This document shows, piece after piece, positions 42,929 through 58,000 of a DNA stretch of 64,000 nt (its first letter is position 1; every line of letters starts with the position of its first letter). The notes beneath the pieces were generated by a model. That model searched no databases and had not been told where the DNA came from. It saw only the letters and a program-made list of their open reading frames with translations. The translations under genes were made by a program, and so were the position numbers. Origin of the DNA: Monocercomonoides exilis PA203 (taxonomy: Eukaryota > Protista > Preaxostyla); assembly GCA_001643675.2 (NCBI GenBank), contig LSRY02000025.1, positions 124,001 through 188,000 on the forward strand, written 5' to 3'.

Positions 42929-42979
<51 letters not shown>
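42929..42979. repeat. ~50-nt poly(A)/poly(T) run
   Basis: Direct observation. Confidence 0.9.
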
Positions 42980-42980
<1 letters not shown>

Positions 42981-43355
42981 CAGACAAACGTAATTAAACG
43001 TGAAAATAAAATAAAATAAAATAAAATTTGAAAAATAAAAAAGAATAAACAGAAACACCAAAAGAACACTCCAAAGAGGATGAACAATAGCTGGCAGTTC
43101 AATGACATCGACTCTCTCATAGAGGAATCAACCAAACTGCCTCCCTGTGCATCTTATTCATGCTTATATTCTCTCTTGCCTTCGTCGGGATAAACAATAT
43201 ATTTTTATCAATTAAAATAATAATGCTAATTATATTAATAATAACAAAAATCAGAAAGAAACAATCCAATAAACAAAGTGAACTATTACCCTCATCCCCC
43301 CCCCCCCCCCCTCTCTCTCTCTCTCTCTCCTTTTTTTTGGATTTCTCTTTATTAT

Positions 43356-45396
43356 TTACAGTTGAACGCTCCCTGCGCTCATCCTCTCATCCTTCCTTCC
43401 CAACAGCAGCCGGCTCTCTTCCTCTTCGTAGTCTCCTTCCTCCCCACTGCCCTTCCCGCTGTTGATGCTTGTATCCATCTGTGCACCCTTCTTCCCCACT
43501 TTCAGCACAAGTGAGCACAGCGTAGCAACAGCTGACACCAGCCCCGTCGCGAAGAAGTTCCATTGGATGAACCACCGCCCGTTGATCGGCCGACTGTCTG
43601 GCAGCGGCGCATTGATGGCAGCACACATGCCTTGTGAAATAGCCTGCCCCAGCAGACAGAAGATGTTCAGCACACCCGCATATACCCCTGACTCTTCCTG
43701 CGGCACTGTCATGTTCACAATCGCAAAGGGAACAGAGTTGAACATTGAGAAGTTGAATGCCATCCCGCAGTATGCCAAAAACACCATCCAGACGTATTTC
43801 TCATCGATGTTGCGGGGAATCCACATTGCCATCAGCGACAGCGTGGCCAGGAGCTGCGTCAGGAAATACGTCATCCGGAGGCCGAAGAAGCGCTGCACGA
43901 ACTCTGAAATGGCAGAAAACACAGACGTCAGCAGCGACATCGCCATCATCGCGAGCGAGCCCACCCGCATCCCCAGCTGATATGCATCGTTTTCAGGTGT
44001 GCCTGCAGCAGTAAAGACAGAAGAAGAACGGGACTGCAACGCAGCGGAGAGCGTCTTTCCAAGAGAGGTCGAGGAGAGCAGTGAAGTGTGTGACGCCCGC
44101 TCAAGCACAGAAAAGACCAGCCGTTTCGCGTCGCTCCTCATCGAGCTCACATATTGCTCGTTGCTTGCCCCAGTCTCCTGCTGATATAACTGTCGTGCCA
44201 CCAGACACATCGCTCCGGGTATCGCACCAGACGCTGCCCCGCCCATCGACATCGACATCGCTGCCATCGGCAGCTGCAGCTGGCTGAGCGCATGGCGAAG
44301 GCCTTCTCCAAACGCTGGTTTGATTCAATAATAATGCAATGACAAGGACAGACGGAATACAAAAAAAATTATTTTTGACAAGAATGAATTTTATTTTGAA
44401 AAAATGACTAAAATTTGAATAATTAAAAAAAGCAAACTTTCCCCATCAAACGTGGCAGTTGCTGAAGCTTGCGCTGGAACACCGTTGTACACACATTTTG
44501 CAACAAACAACGTTCCATTGGTGTTGAAAGCAAAATATGCACTCCAGCTCATGAGATACACAAACGCAGCTCGAAGAACAGGCCCTCCTTTCAGTATCTT
44601 GAAAAGTGCTTTAAACGTCACCTTAAACGGATTTTGTATTTTTTCACCAGGGGCTCTGACATATTGCTTTTCTCTGACTGCAAGAAATGTTGGGATTGAA
44701 AGAAGAACCATAAATCCCAATCCATAAGGATAAGGATTTGCGACAAATGCTGAGAATAAGTAAGAAATAAGGTTTCCTGCCCCAACGAGAAGCGCAATAA
44801 AATTGTTGCCCATTGTTTCTTGACCTTCACCGCAAACATCGAACACAATAGTTCGAGCAGGAAGCATCAAAATGTTGATTGCCACATTTATAATGATAAA
44901 TGCAATGATCCCAATAACAATTGCAACTGTATTATTTTTAAATGCTGATAAAACAATTATTTAAATAAAAGATAAAGTTTGGCCTCAAATTATAAAATGA
45001 ATATTAAACCTCCTTGCTCAATAGCAATAAAAAATCCATAGCTCAAAAGAACAAAAGCCAAGCCAATAAGAATAAAAGGACGTCTCCTTCCAAATCTAAA
45101 TGTTGCTTTATCGGAAAATACACCTATGAAAGGTTGTAATAACCCACTGAAGGGACCAATCAACCATAAAATTGGATTTATCCACGAATCAACTCCAAGT
45201 TCTTTAAAAATTTAACAATGTGAACTCTTCTTTATTGAAAACCATTTACGAACAACATACTTGACATCATTGGAGTAAACAAGGCAAATGCAAAGCCAAA
45301 TGCAATTTGGACGGTAGTGTACGAAGAAGCAGCACAGAATAACCGAAAAGGATGAATTCTAGGTCTTGGCGCGGAAGTTTCTGCAATTGACGCCAT
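43356..45396 (-). CDS. MFS sugar transporter, sucrose/H+ symporter (SUC/SLC45, GPH) like; multi-exon
   Basis: Exon 1 MASIAET...VQIAFGFAFALFTP; exon 2 LWLIGPFSGLLQPFIGVFSDKATFRFGRRRPFI (SUC signature); then INILMLPARTIVFD, YQLGMRVGSLAM and SVPFAIV...SGVYAGVLNIFCLLGQ. At least three AT-rich introns. Confidence 0.9.
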
Positions 45397-46561
45397 TGTT
45401 AATTCGTTAAATTTGATGTTTTTTTTCTTGAATTGATCCTGACCATAACTGTCCACATTGTAAATTGCAAAAAATCTGAGATTCAGCAAAAGAGATATAT
45501 TTTGAATCGGAAAATCTGTCTTGCACATGACATTTGAGATGAATTTATATATTTTGCAAGTATTTATGTATATTTCATGTGTAAGAGTGGAAATAACCTC
45601 CGACTTAAATACTGATCTATTATGTAATAAAATTGAATTAACGAGATAATTTTTTAAAACATTTATAATTTGAGAATTATCACATTTCAAAAAAAAAATC
45701 ATTAAAATTAAAATTTGAGAAGAAAAATTATTCGTTATTTTTTTAAAGAAAGCATAACTTTTGTATTAAAAAAAAAATTATTTTATAAACCCAAATTTGA
45801 ACTTTCTCCAGATAAATAACTAACAAAATCGATTAAAAATAAACCACACAACTTTTGCAAAAATTAAAAAAATCCATGACTTTATGCATGAAAAATTTCC
45901 GTTCTAAACTGCAAAATATACAAATAACGTCAATGATAAAATTTTCATTTAATGCAACAAAGAAAATCGCTGTATACAGATTTGGTTTATTGCATATTTT
46001 CGGGAACTTTTGTAATTTTAGATGAATAATTAAAAATTCAATTCTCTGATGAGATAAATGATTTTGATACCATTCAACTACAACTGCAGCAAGAATAACT
46101 TAAACTAAACAAACATTTACTAAAACATTTCGCAGTTTTCCTTGCATTTAGCTCAAACGAAAATTTGAAAACATTAAATGAAAAATTGCTTAAAAATTAT
46201 AAATACCAAGCTTTAAGTCTATTATTTATGAAGCATTCATAAAAAAACAAAGTGCATACAAAACACATGAAACTTATCAAAAAATCTTTATGACTTTCAC
46301 AATTTTTCAGCAATCATTAAAAGCATTTCAATTTCGATTCCAGAAAAGTTCCAAATACGTTATAATCACTTGAATTTATCGTTTCAATAAAACGCACAAG
46401 CTTTGTTTGTTGTAATAAAGAGCAATTTCATCTATCCATAAGTACAGCCCCAAATGTTCTGATTAATTTGATCTTTAGTACCATTTTATTTTTTGAAGGA
46501 TCCCAGAAAAATTTATTTAAATTATTAAAAATCAATCATAAACTTAAAAATTTGATTGAAT

Positions 46562-48048
46562 ATGAAAAACAATTTAATAAAATTTATATTTGGAGAAAAT
46601 GAGGAATATGATGATGTATGTGTTTGCTTCATTAAAATTTGAAGAATTATGATTTTTGTTTTGAAAATTTTGTATTGAAGGGTGAGTTGAATTTTTTATT
46701 ACAATTTTTTTCATGGAATAGCATTGGAATAACGGACGATGAAGCAAAATACAACAAAAGTATTTATTTGCATTATTGCTTGATAAATATATTTTTTTTA
46801 TTTATTCGAATTGATTTGTTTTTCTTCTTGAATTTAAATAATTCTATTACTTTACAGTTCAATCGAATGTTAATATATCAAATGAATTAGAAGCTTTTGT
46901 ACCACTCCACATTGAAAGGATACCTAGATTTATTTCGTTGTTTTCTCCAATTGCAAGATGTAGCATTATATTCCATCAACCATATTTAGATTCTAAATTT
47001 CGCACAACTTATAACCTTTTAGAAGAACCGTCAGAATATTACATGTTTTTTATAAAACCTTTTCCAAGATATAGTGATATTACTTCTAATTATCAAAAGG
47101 AAAACAAAAGCTTCTCGCAAAATGTAAAATGTTACATTGGAAATCGAAAAAAATTGCAAACGAACAAAAAGGAGCAATCAAAGAAAGATAATTCTAACTT
47201 TCTTCTTGAAGATTTTCCTTGGGAAAGTCCTGATACATGGGATCCAAAACAAAGGAATAATATCAATGTAAAGCGACGAAATGATATTTTTTCAACACAA
47301 CTCTTTTGCAGATATTTTGATGAAATAGATTTCAATCAATGGATCAACTCCGAATCGAATGCAGAAGCCGAAAAACAAGTGCATTTTGATGATCATTTAT
47401 GCAAACAGTCATTTTTTGACAGGCATTCCATTGAAGCATTCTCCAATGAACAAGAGTGGGAAGATGCCTGGTGCGCTGCTGGTTGGGAAGAGGCAATTCC
47501 GTTCTATCGGTCTGTTGTGAAGTCAAATTTGAACAGAGAAAATGAAAGTGGAATGAAAAGAGAGAGGGAAAAGGGGGAGATTAATGTGAAGAAAGAACTG
47601 GAACGAGTTAAAAAGCAGAATTTGTCATTCTTTGAAGAGCAAGAAGAATTAATTGATGATCCACGAAAGGAAATTCAGAATATTCTTGATAGAAAAAGCA
47701 TTTCTTCTTCTTCTTCTATTTCATCGTCATCATCATCTTCTTCTTCACTATCATCATATTCTCATTTCCAACATAAAGAACAACCAAAACAAACAAACAA
47801 AACCTTATTGTATGACATGAATGATGTCAACATGCTTTTTTCTATCACTTCACCTTCAATCATTCCTCCTCCCCCTCCTCTTCCCCTTCCTTTTCCTCAT
47901 CTTCTGCCTTCTCCTTTACCTCCACCACCGCCACCTCCTCATCCATTAACGGTAACTCCTCTTCATCATTCTCGTATTTATACTACTACTACTTCTTCTT
48001 TATTTCCTTATGCTTCATCATCGTCATCTTCTTCTTCAATTTCTTCTT

Positions 48049-48079
<31 letters not shown>

Positions 48080-51000
48080 TTCTTCTTCATTTCATTCAAA
48101 CACCATTTCAACTGCCAATTCATCTTCTCATTCACAAAACACAAACACAAATGACCCTTTTTTCCATCCAACTTCTTCTTTCACTTCATCTTCTGTTTTT
48201 AACTCGAATTTTCATCATCATCATCATCGTCATCGTCATCATCATAAACATCGTCATAATAATCACAATCACTGCCATCATTCTAAATCATATCATTTAT
48301 CAGCAGCAGCATCTTCAGAAGGAGATATAAGCGATTCTGAATCGACTTCTTCTTCTTCTTCTTCTTCTCTTTCTTCCTTTTCTTTATCTTCCTCTTTAAC
48401 TTCATTCTCATCGCATTCTTCATTCTCATATTCTTATTCATCTTCTGCTTCTTCTTCTTCTTCTTTTTCTGAAAGACAATTAAATTTATCTTCAGAAAAC
48501 CAAGAAATAGCACAAATAAACAAGAAATATAAGAAAGAAAGAAAGAAAAATAAAGAAAAAGAAGATAACGATGATATTTGTAATGATAATAGAATTGAGA
48601 AAAGTATTACCAGCAATTCAGATGAAAACAAAGAAAATGAAGAAAAACTTAACAAATCAGAGGAAAATATAGAAAACTTCTCAAATTTCTACCAGAAACA
48701 TCAACATAAGCACAAGCATAAGCATCATAGTCCTCATTATTCTCATCAATCTCTTTCTCACAATAACATTTCCCTCTCTAACAGCAACAATGATAACAAT
48801 GACAATAACAAAGGCAGGCGCAAACAGGCATATTACACGTCTCTTCCTCTTCTTTCCCTGTCAAATGCGACAGGAGCATCTGACATGAAAAGATTGAGCG
48901 AGACAATTGCAGTGGGGTTGGTGTCACACAGTGGAGGAGAAGTGATTGGAGGAGGAGGAAGAGGAGGAAGAGAAGGAAAGGGAAGAGAAAGAAGAGGAAG
49001 AGGAAGAGAAATGGAGAGTGAAAGTGAAGGCAGCAGCGATAGCGATTCAGAAGGAGAAGGAGAAGGAGAAGGAGAAGGAGAAGGAGCACGCGCAATTTTC
49101 AAGCTGAAAACGCAAAAGACGCAAACAAAAAACGAAAATTCAAACAAAATTGGATGGGAAGATGGAGTAAAACCGCCAGAAATACGGCCAGTTGCTGACT
49201 CTGTTTATTTGCTATCAACAATGAATGATGAGAGAAGTGTTATGAACTCGTTTTTGCTGCTTTCAAAGGCGAAGGAGATGAAAAGGAAAGAGAATGAATG
49301 GAAGAAGATGAGGGAGAGAAAAAGAAGAAGAGAAAGAGGAGGAAGAAAGCAGATTGAGGAGTTGAATGAAAAGAGGGAAAGAAAGGAAGAAGAAGAAGAA
49401 GAAGGAAAAGAGAAAGAGAAAGAGAAAGGGAAAAGAACTATTGAGATTGCAGAAGAAGAAGAAGAAGCAGAAAAGATCAAAAACGAAGAATTAAAACAAG
49501 AAAAGTATGAGAAGATAAACAAGCTATTGGAATGGTTTCGAACAAGAAAGAAAGAGAAAGAGAAAGAAAATGAAGAAAATGAAGAAAATGAAGGAGAAGA
49601 TATGAAAGAAGGAGGAGAAAGAGAAGGAGAAAGAGAAGAAAATGAAGAAAATGATGCAAATGTTGATCAAAAGAAAGCGAAAACAAAAAGAAAGGCAAAA
49701 AAGAAGGGAAAAAACGACAAAAATAATTCAATTAAATTTGAAGTTATTTCTCCTTCTTCTCTTTTGTCAGCACAACAACCAACAAAATTGATAGATGGGA
49801 AAACAAAACAAAACATTTCTTCTTCTTCTTCTTCTTCTTCAATTTCTACGCTAACCCAAACACTTTTGCCTTATTTTGAACAAAATTCTAACAAAGATGA
49901 TGAAATATCGAACGATTCTATTGTTCCTTTCTCAATTTCATCATCAGCAGCATCAGCTTCTTCTTCTTCTTCTTCTTCTTCCGTTCAATCAAAACCTCTT
50001 TCAAATCCAATCATTCCATCAACTTCTTTTAATACCCCTTCTTCATCACTTCCTTCCTCTTCATTATCTTCTTCTCCTTCTCCTTCTTCTTCTCTTCCTT
50101 CCTCTTCTTCTTCTTCTTCCTCCTCCTCCTCTTCTTCTTCTCCCTCTCTTTCTTCTTCCTCTTCAGCTCAAACCTCCACCCTCCAAGCAGCCCTGCGCCA
50201 TCGCCACATCGTCTCCAACTTCCATCCCTCTCACCGAACAGACAGAATCGGCTTTTTGCACGTTCAACATTCACTTCCTTCCTATCTGTTTCTTTTTTCT
50301 CCCACAGAAATGAACAAAAACACCATCAAAAGATTCCACAGACCATTGCTTTTTGAAGAGAATGCGATGAAAAACGAGCTTTCACAGGTGTTGATAGGAA
50401 AATATGTGGTTATTTATCCATTTGTTCCGTATGAGAAGCCGAGGTTGATACGAATGAGAGAGGCGATGAGAAGAAGAAGGAGGGAAGAGAAGAAGATGAT
50501 GGCGTGTTTTGATGGATTTTCGAATGAAGAGCAAACAAATCAGATGGGAAATGATCAGAATTCGATTGTTTTGATGAGAGAAAGAGAAAGAGAGAGAGAA
50601 AGGAGAAGAGAAGAAGAAGAAGAAGAAGCAGAAGAAGAAGCAGCAGCCGAAGAGGAAGACAAATATCTTCTGAACAATCCAACAAAACTGCTAAGCACAA
50701 AAAATGACCTTTCAGCAAATGAAGGAAAAATATATTTGTTTGAATATGTTGAAGAAAATCCACTTTTTGTGTCAAACAATGGAATGGCTACGAAGCTGTA
50801 TCATTATTACAGGAAGGAGGAAGGAGAGGAAGGAGAAGGAGAAGGAGAAGGAGAGGAAGGGGGGAGAAAGATGACAAATGATGGAAGAGGAGGAGAAGAA
50901 AAGGATGATAATAAATTAAAAGAGGAGAAAAAGAACAAAAACAAACCAACAAAAATTGAATATCATACACGAAACAATCCCAATCCTTCAGCAAATTTTG

Positions 51001-54000
51001 AATCAGCTTCGGCTTCTTCATTTGATATTTCACTTTCTTCCTCTTCTTCCTCTTCTTCCACTTCTTCTTCTTCTTCCTCCTCCTCTTCCTCCTCTTCCCA
51101 TTCATTCACCGATGGCGAGACAATCATTCTGAGTCCAGATGATCCGCCTCCTCTTTTGGGGGACATTATGATCGGGACGAGTGTCAGTGTGATAGAAAAC
51201 AACATGTTCAAAGCGCCTGTTGTGAAACATGAACTGGAAAATACAGATTTCTTGGTGGTGGTGAAGAAGAGGAGGAAGGAAGGAGAAGGGGAAGGGGAAG
51301 AAGAAAATGAGGAAGAAGAAGGGGAAGAAGAAAAAGATGATAACAGTAATGAAAATAACAATAAAATAAAACCTAATCCCAACAAATCCAGTATGCAATC
51401 AACACAAATTTCCTCTCTTTTCACAAAAGATTCAGCCATCCAAGTGTTCATTCGCGAAATCGACAGTGTTATTTCAGTAGGGCAGGAGCATCCGAAGATG
51501 AATGTGCCAATAGCTGGAGGGGTGGATAGCATGAAATACACAACAAAACGAGTGTTTTTGTATATTTGCGAGGTGTTTAGAGAGAGATTGAGAAGGGCAA
51601 AGGAGAAGTACTGGAGGAAGATGAACGAGCAGAAGAAGAATGAAAGGAATGATTTTCATTCGAATTATGCAATGAAATCATCATCTTCTTCCTCTTCTTC
51701 TTCCTCCTCTTTCTCTTCTTCTTCTTCTTCCTCTTCTTCTCTCTCTTCCTCCGCCCAATCAATATACCTCCCTTACCACTACATGCAATCCCACGTATAT
51801 GTCACCTCCCTCGAAATCCATTCTCTTTTTTCCTCAGTCAAATACGCCACCATCCTTCGCCAGCTGCGTCGTGTTGCTGTGAACGACAGCCGGCAAAGGG
51901 GAAGATGGTATCTCAAATCAGAAAGCGCTTTGCCAAGTTCTGAAGAGCTGAGGCAGTTGCTGTCACCTGAAGATGAATGTGCGTATCAATCGATGTTGAG
52001 GTGGGAAGTGGAGATGTGTGATTTGGATTTGGATGGGCTGCTTATGGAGACGCTGGTGAGGGAGGAGAAGAAGAGAGGGAAGGAGAAGGAGAAAGAAGTG
52101 AAGGAGTGGAAGGCTCTGTGCAAGAGGGAGGAAAGGAACTGGAAGAGAAGAAGAAGAAGAAGAATGGAGAAGGAAGCTGAATTGCAGAAGAATAAAGAGA
52201 TTGAACAAAAACGCAATATGTCTTCATCGTCATCATCATCATCATCTTCTTCTTCTTCTTCTCTTTTCTCTTATTTTTCACAATGTGCTGCTCCCATAGA
52301 GATCGAAGATGACGATAATAAAGAAGAAGGAGAAGGAGGAGAATCAAAAGAGAAGAACGAAGAATATATCGATGTTTCTCTTCACCCTCTCCTCTCCACC
52401 ACATCCTCCTCCAATGTTCTGAATGTGCTTCCATCAGTCCTCAGCCTCTTCTGCACATTCATCACCACTTTTGTTTCTCTCTCCCCTTTTGAATTGACAC
52501 ATGCATTTTTGGATGCAATGCATGGAACAGCTCTTTTGAAGCTGAATGGCGTGGGAGATCCGACTGGGACTGGACACGGCTTTTCGTTTGTGCGGCAGAC
52601 GATTAAGGAGTTTGAGAGGGAGGAGATTGCAGTGAGGAGGATGATGCAGAGGAAGTGGAGCGAGCGAGAGGAAGAAGAGGAAGAGGAAAGAAAGAGAGGA
52701 GAAGAGGAGGAAGAAGAAGATGATGACGATGAAGGGAAGAAGAAGAAGAAGAAAGAAGGTGACGAAGAAAGAGTTGGCTCCAAATCAAAGAGCAGAAGTG
52801 GAAAGACGAACAAGATATCCAATCTGACGAATGCTGAGCTTGATCGCATTCTCACAAAGCTTGGAATTCCCGCAGACGAACGAAGGGCGATGAAAAGAGG
52901 AGAGAAAATGAAGAATGTGCGGTTGCTTTCGGGGGCAAGTGGAAGGAAAGACTTGAAGAAGTATGTGAGAGGAGCACAGAACTTCAAGTTTGCGCACTCG
53001 AGATGCTATTTGGATCAAATACAGCAGATATTTCGAGATCATATGGCGTTTTTAGAGGGGAAAACAAGCAATTTCATGAAAGAAAAGAAGAAGAAGAAGG
53101 AAGAAGAAGAAGAAGAGAAAGAGGAGGAGGAGAGGAGGAAGAAGAGGAAAGAGGAGAAAAAGAAGGAAAGAATGGAAAGAATACAGGAGATTCTGAAGAG
53201 AGAAGAGAAAAGGCAAGCAAAAGAAGAAGCGAAATGGAAGAAGAGGATGTTAAAAGAGCAACAAGAGAAGGAAAAAATCATCAAAATTCAAAGAGAGGCA
53301 ATAGAAAAGAAGCAGAAAATGACATTTGCGTTGGAAGAGGCGATGATGACGAGGGAGAAAGCGAAGGAAATGAGGGAGATCGAAAAGATGATCAGAAAAG
53401 CGGAATGGGAAGAGAGGAAGAAGGAAGTGATGAGAAGAGAAGAAGAAAAGAAAGAGAAAGAAAAAAGAACAGAAAAAGAAAAAGAAGGAATGAATGGAGA
53501 TTTAATGCAAAAAGAAGAAAAATCAATTGAAGGAAAAGAAGAAGATGTTGTTCCAGGAAGTGAATTTGTTCCGATTGTGTTGGATGATTCATCAGAAGAA
53601 GAGGAAGAGGAAGAAAGAGAAAGAGAAAGAGAAAGAGAAAGATTAAATACAAGAACTAGATCAAGAACAAAAGCAAGCACGAACAAGAAGACAACAAGTA
53701 AAACAAAAGGAACAAAATCAAAATCAAATAGAAGGAGAGGAGGAGGAGGAGGAGGAGGATCGAGAAAAAGGACGAAAAAAGGAAAGAAAACGAGAAATTC
53801 AAAAAATGCTTCGAAGAAGAATAAAAAGAAGATGGAAAAGAAGGAAAGTAATAATGCAGATGAATCTATTGAATCTCTTTCAGCTGAAATTGAAGATAAT
53901 TTCATAAAAGAAGAAGATGAAGAAGAAGGAAGAGAGGAAGAAGAAAAAGAAGGAAGAAAAGAAGAAGAAGGAAGAGGAGAGGAAGAGAAGGAAGAAAGAG

Positions 54001-55041
54001 AAAATGAAGAAGAAGACGATGAAGAAGAAGAAGAAGTGAATGAAACACAAATTATTGGAGAGATTGAAGATTTCAATAATGATGAAGATGTTGATGAACA
54101 GATGAAAATGATAGAAGACAATGAAAATGAGATAGAAATCATTGAAACTCCAATAGAAATACCAAAAATGGAAGAAGAAGTAGAAGAAAAAGCGAAAGAA
54201 GAAGAAGAAGAAGAAATGAAAGAAGCTGAGGAAGTTAAAATGGAAGAAAAAGAGGAAATTCTTATTGAAGAAGAAGAGGAAGAAGAAAAAGAAGAAGAAG
54301 AAAGCATAAAAAAGGACATTTCATTACCAGAAGTTGTTGAATGCATCGAAGCTAACACAATTTCAACAACATCTTCATCTTCTTTATCTTCATCATCATC
54401 TTCTTCCTCTTCTTCCTCTTCTTCCTCTTCTTCCTCTTCTTCCTCCTCCTCCTCTTCCTCCTCCTCCTCAAATCTTCTTCTTCTTCCTCTTTCTCCTTCT
54501 TTGTCTCGCACAGAAATTGTCAATGAGAATCCATCAGATGACATCTTGTTCTCCACTCCCCTCACAAATTACACACAAAATTCTCCATTTTATTCAGAAA
54601 ACAAAAGTTTGGATTTATCTTTTGCAACATCATCATCAACAACATCATCAACTTCTTCTTCTTCTTTTGGAAATTCTGCTGTTTCTTTGAATTCTTCTTT
54701 GAATTCTTCTTCTTTTTCAAATCTTTCTCCAACGTCTTCTTCATCTTCTTCAACTATGACTTCTCCTTTATCGTCTTCTTCTTTCTCTTCTTTCTCTTCA
54801 ATTTCATCATCATCATCATCTTCTTCTTCTTCTTCTCCTCCTTTATCTTCTTCTTCTCCTTTATCTTCCTTTTCACCTTTATCTTCTTCTTCTTCTTCTC
54901 TTCAAATAGCAAATTCAACCAATCCAACTTCCTTTCGACGCCAATCTCGTTTTCGCTCTTCTTTTTACTCAGCAATATCTTCTCCTCCTTCTGAATGCTT
55001 ATCTTTAGCCAAGAATGATTATGATGATAATAATAACAAAA

Positions 55042-55088
<47 letters not shown>

Positions 55089-58000
55089 TGCAGAATTAAC
55101 AATGATAACAGCACAGTTAATGGAGATTTCAAAACTCAAAGTGAAGATGACCATATTCATAATGCATATGTCGATAATAGCAATAACAATAATAATAAAA
55201 GCATTATTGAACCAAATAATAATAATAATAATAGCACTAATAAAATCAATGAATGTAACGATATCCTTCTCAATTCTCTCACAACTCCCCATTCAAACAC
55301 AGAAAATATCAAACTTAGCCAAAATGTTGTTATTGATTGCAATAAAAGTTTCCTTAATGTTTCTGTTGAATGCAATGTTTTGTCTCCTCTTTCATTCAAA
55401 ACGATGAGAGACGACTTTTCACAGAAGTTTGATACACAAAAGGAGGAAGAAATGAAAAATTGTTCTGTTTCTTCTGATGTTTCTAATGCAACTTCTGTTT
55501 CTAATACAAATTCTGATTTAAATTCTAATTATTCTTCAACTTTTGCTAATTCTTCTGATTCTATTTATTCTTCTTCAAACTTCTCTTCTTCTTCTTCTTC
55601 TTCTTCAACCTCTTTCCAATCTCCTTTTAAACAATCGGATTTCATTTCTTCTTCTTCCTCTTCTTCTTCTTCAGACAATGTCCAATTTCCTCTGAAAGAA
55701 CAAGAACTATTTCGTTCATCAACAACAACAACAGCATCATTGGCACATCCTCATTCTCTTTCTCTTTCTCCTTCTCCTTCAAACACTCCCACTTCTCTTT
55801 TACCTTCACTTTCGTCTTCTCCTTCTCCTTCTCCTTCTCCTTCTCTTTCTCTTTCTCCTTCTCCTTCTTCGCCTTCTCCTTCTCCTTCTCAATCGATTTC
55901 TCCTTTTCTTTCACCAACTCCTTCCTCTTCCTCTTCCTCTTCCTCAACTTCTTCTTCCTCAACTTCTTCATCTTCCTCATTTCCTTCTCTTTCTTCTCTT
56001 TCCTCTTCTTCTTCTTCTCTTTCTTCCACCTCTTCTTCTGCTGATATTCCCATTCTTTCTTCTTCATCTCTTTTTAAACATAATTCTGATGTTATTCCAA
56101 CACAACCACACAAAAAGCACACATTTGGAGAAAGTGACAGCGAAAGCTTATCTGATTCATCTTGTTCTTCTTCTTATTCTTCTCCTTTTTCATCTTCTTC
56201 TGCTTCTTCTTCTTTTTCGTCAAAGAAGCAAGAGAAAAGGAAGAAGAAGAAGAACAAAAAGGCAAATGATTTATTGTCGTACATATGCAATGGAGGAGAA
56301 GATGAGGAAGAAGGGGAAGAGGAAGAAGGAAAAGAAGGAAACAAGAAAAGAAAAGAAGAAGAAGATGATGATGATGACGATGAGGAAGGAGAAAATTACT
56401 CAAAATTAACAAGTGAAGAGCAATTGTGCAAAGCATTGAAGTGGCTGGACGAGTTGGAAAATGAAGATAGCAACAGTGAAAATGAAATAAGCAAACAAAA
56501 AGAAGGAGAAGAAGATTTTTCATTGAAAAATGTGAATGGAACGAAAAATGAGTTAAAGAAAAGAATGAAAGTGACAAGAGCAGAAGAAGCTAATGTTGAT
56601 TTGAAAAACATTGAAAGTTCAAATGAAGGCAAGAATTCGACTGAATTGTTAAAAGAAGATGGAATCAAAGAAAAAACAAATGAAAAAGAAGAGAAAGAAA
56701 AAGAAAAAGAAGAGGAAAAGGAAAAAGAAGAAAATGATGATGATGATGATGATGAAAATCCACCATTTGTTATGCTTCCACCAGAAGGCTCGTTTGTCGC
56801 TATTTCTCATCCTCATTCGCTCGCTGATCAGATTATGAAGTTTGTGAAAGCAGAAACAGAAGAGAAGATAAAAGAAATAGAAATAAAACAAAAAAATGAT
56901 AAAAAGATAGGAAAAATGGAAAAAGTTGAAGAAGATGAAGAAGAGGGAGAAAAGGAGAAAGGAGGAAAAGAGGGAAAAAATGAAACGAAAGACAAACCAA
57001 TAATGATAGACGATGATTGCACAATTTCAACGACTACCAATGAACTTTCTATGAATCCATCAAATTCTTCTTCAAATCTCAATTCTTTCGCTTCAAATGA
57101 AACATCATCGAACAATCAAACAGAATCAATGCAACTTTCTATTTCAAATGAAACAAATGCATTTTTCAATAATTCTTCTTCTTCTTTTTCCATTTCTTCT
57201 TCAGCTTCTTCAGCTTCTCCAGCTTCTTCATCCTTTCAAACTCCAACCTCAACATTATCAACTCCAAAATCCGATTTATTCGGCATTTCTTCTCCAGCCA
57301 ATCTGTTTTTCTCTCTTCATCCATCAAATAACTCTCTATTTGATTCAAATTTACCTTCTCTTGCTTCAAATTCCTCTTTTGCAGCATCATCGTCATCTTC
57401 TTCTTCTCTTTCTCCTTCTTTTCTTCCATCCTCCTCCTCTTCCATTTCTTCCCTAATTTCTCCTTCCTCTCTCATCCAGCCTATCTATCAGCCTCACAAA
57501 CCCTTCAGTTTAACTTCCTCTTCTTCTTCTTCTTCCTTCTTCTCTTCTTCTTCTTCTTCTTTGTCTTCTTCTCTTTTAGGCAGCAAAAGCAACGCTTACA
57601 AAATCAGACAATATTTCGGATTTGGCAAAGGGAAGCCACGTTCAATGACTGCAATGTCTTCTCTTTATGAGGAAGAGAACGAAGGGAATGGCGAAAGAAA
57701 GGAAGGAGAAGGAGACGAAGAAAATAAAGAAAAAGAAGAAGGTGAAAATGAAAATGAATCGAATAAATCCATTTTGGAGAAAGAGAAGATGGATGATATT
57801 TCAAATGTGCAATCAAATATTGTTGCAGATGAAGCTGTTGATCAAGCAATTGTGTTGGAAAACTCTGCTTTTTCGTTTCCGAGCATTGGACAGTTTAACA
57901 AAGATATAGATGCAATGCAAAGTGAAGGAATGAATGAGGAAGAGAATAAAAATCTAACAAATAATTCTATTTCTAATGCATGTGATTTGCTTCCTCAAGC

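Noticed and set aside
42606-43465. ORFs 42606..43061, 42878..43135 and 43160..43465
   Set aside because: Built from poly-T, (CT)n and poly-C runs; no protein-like content.
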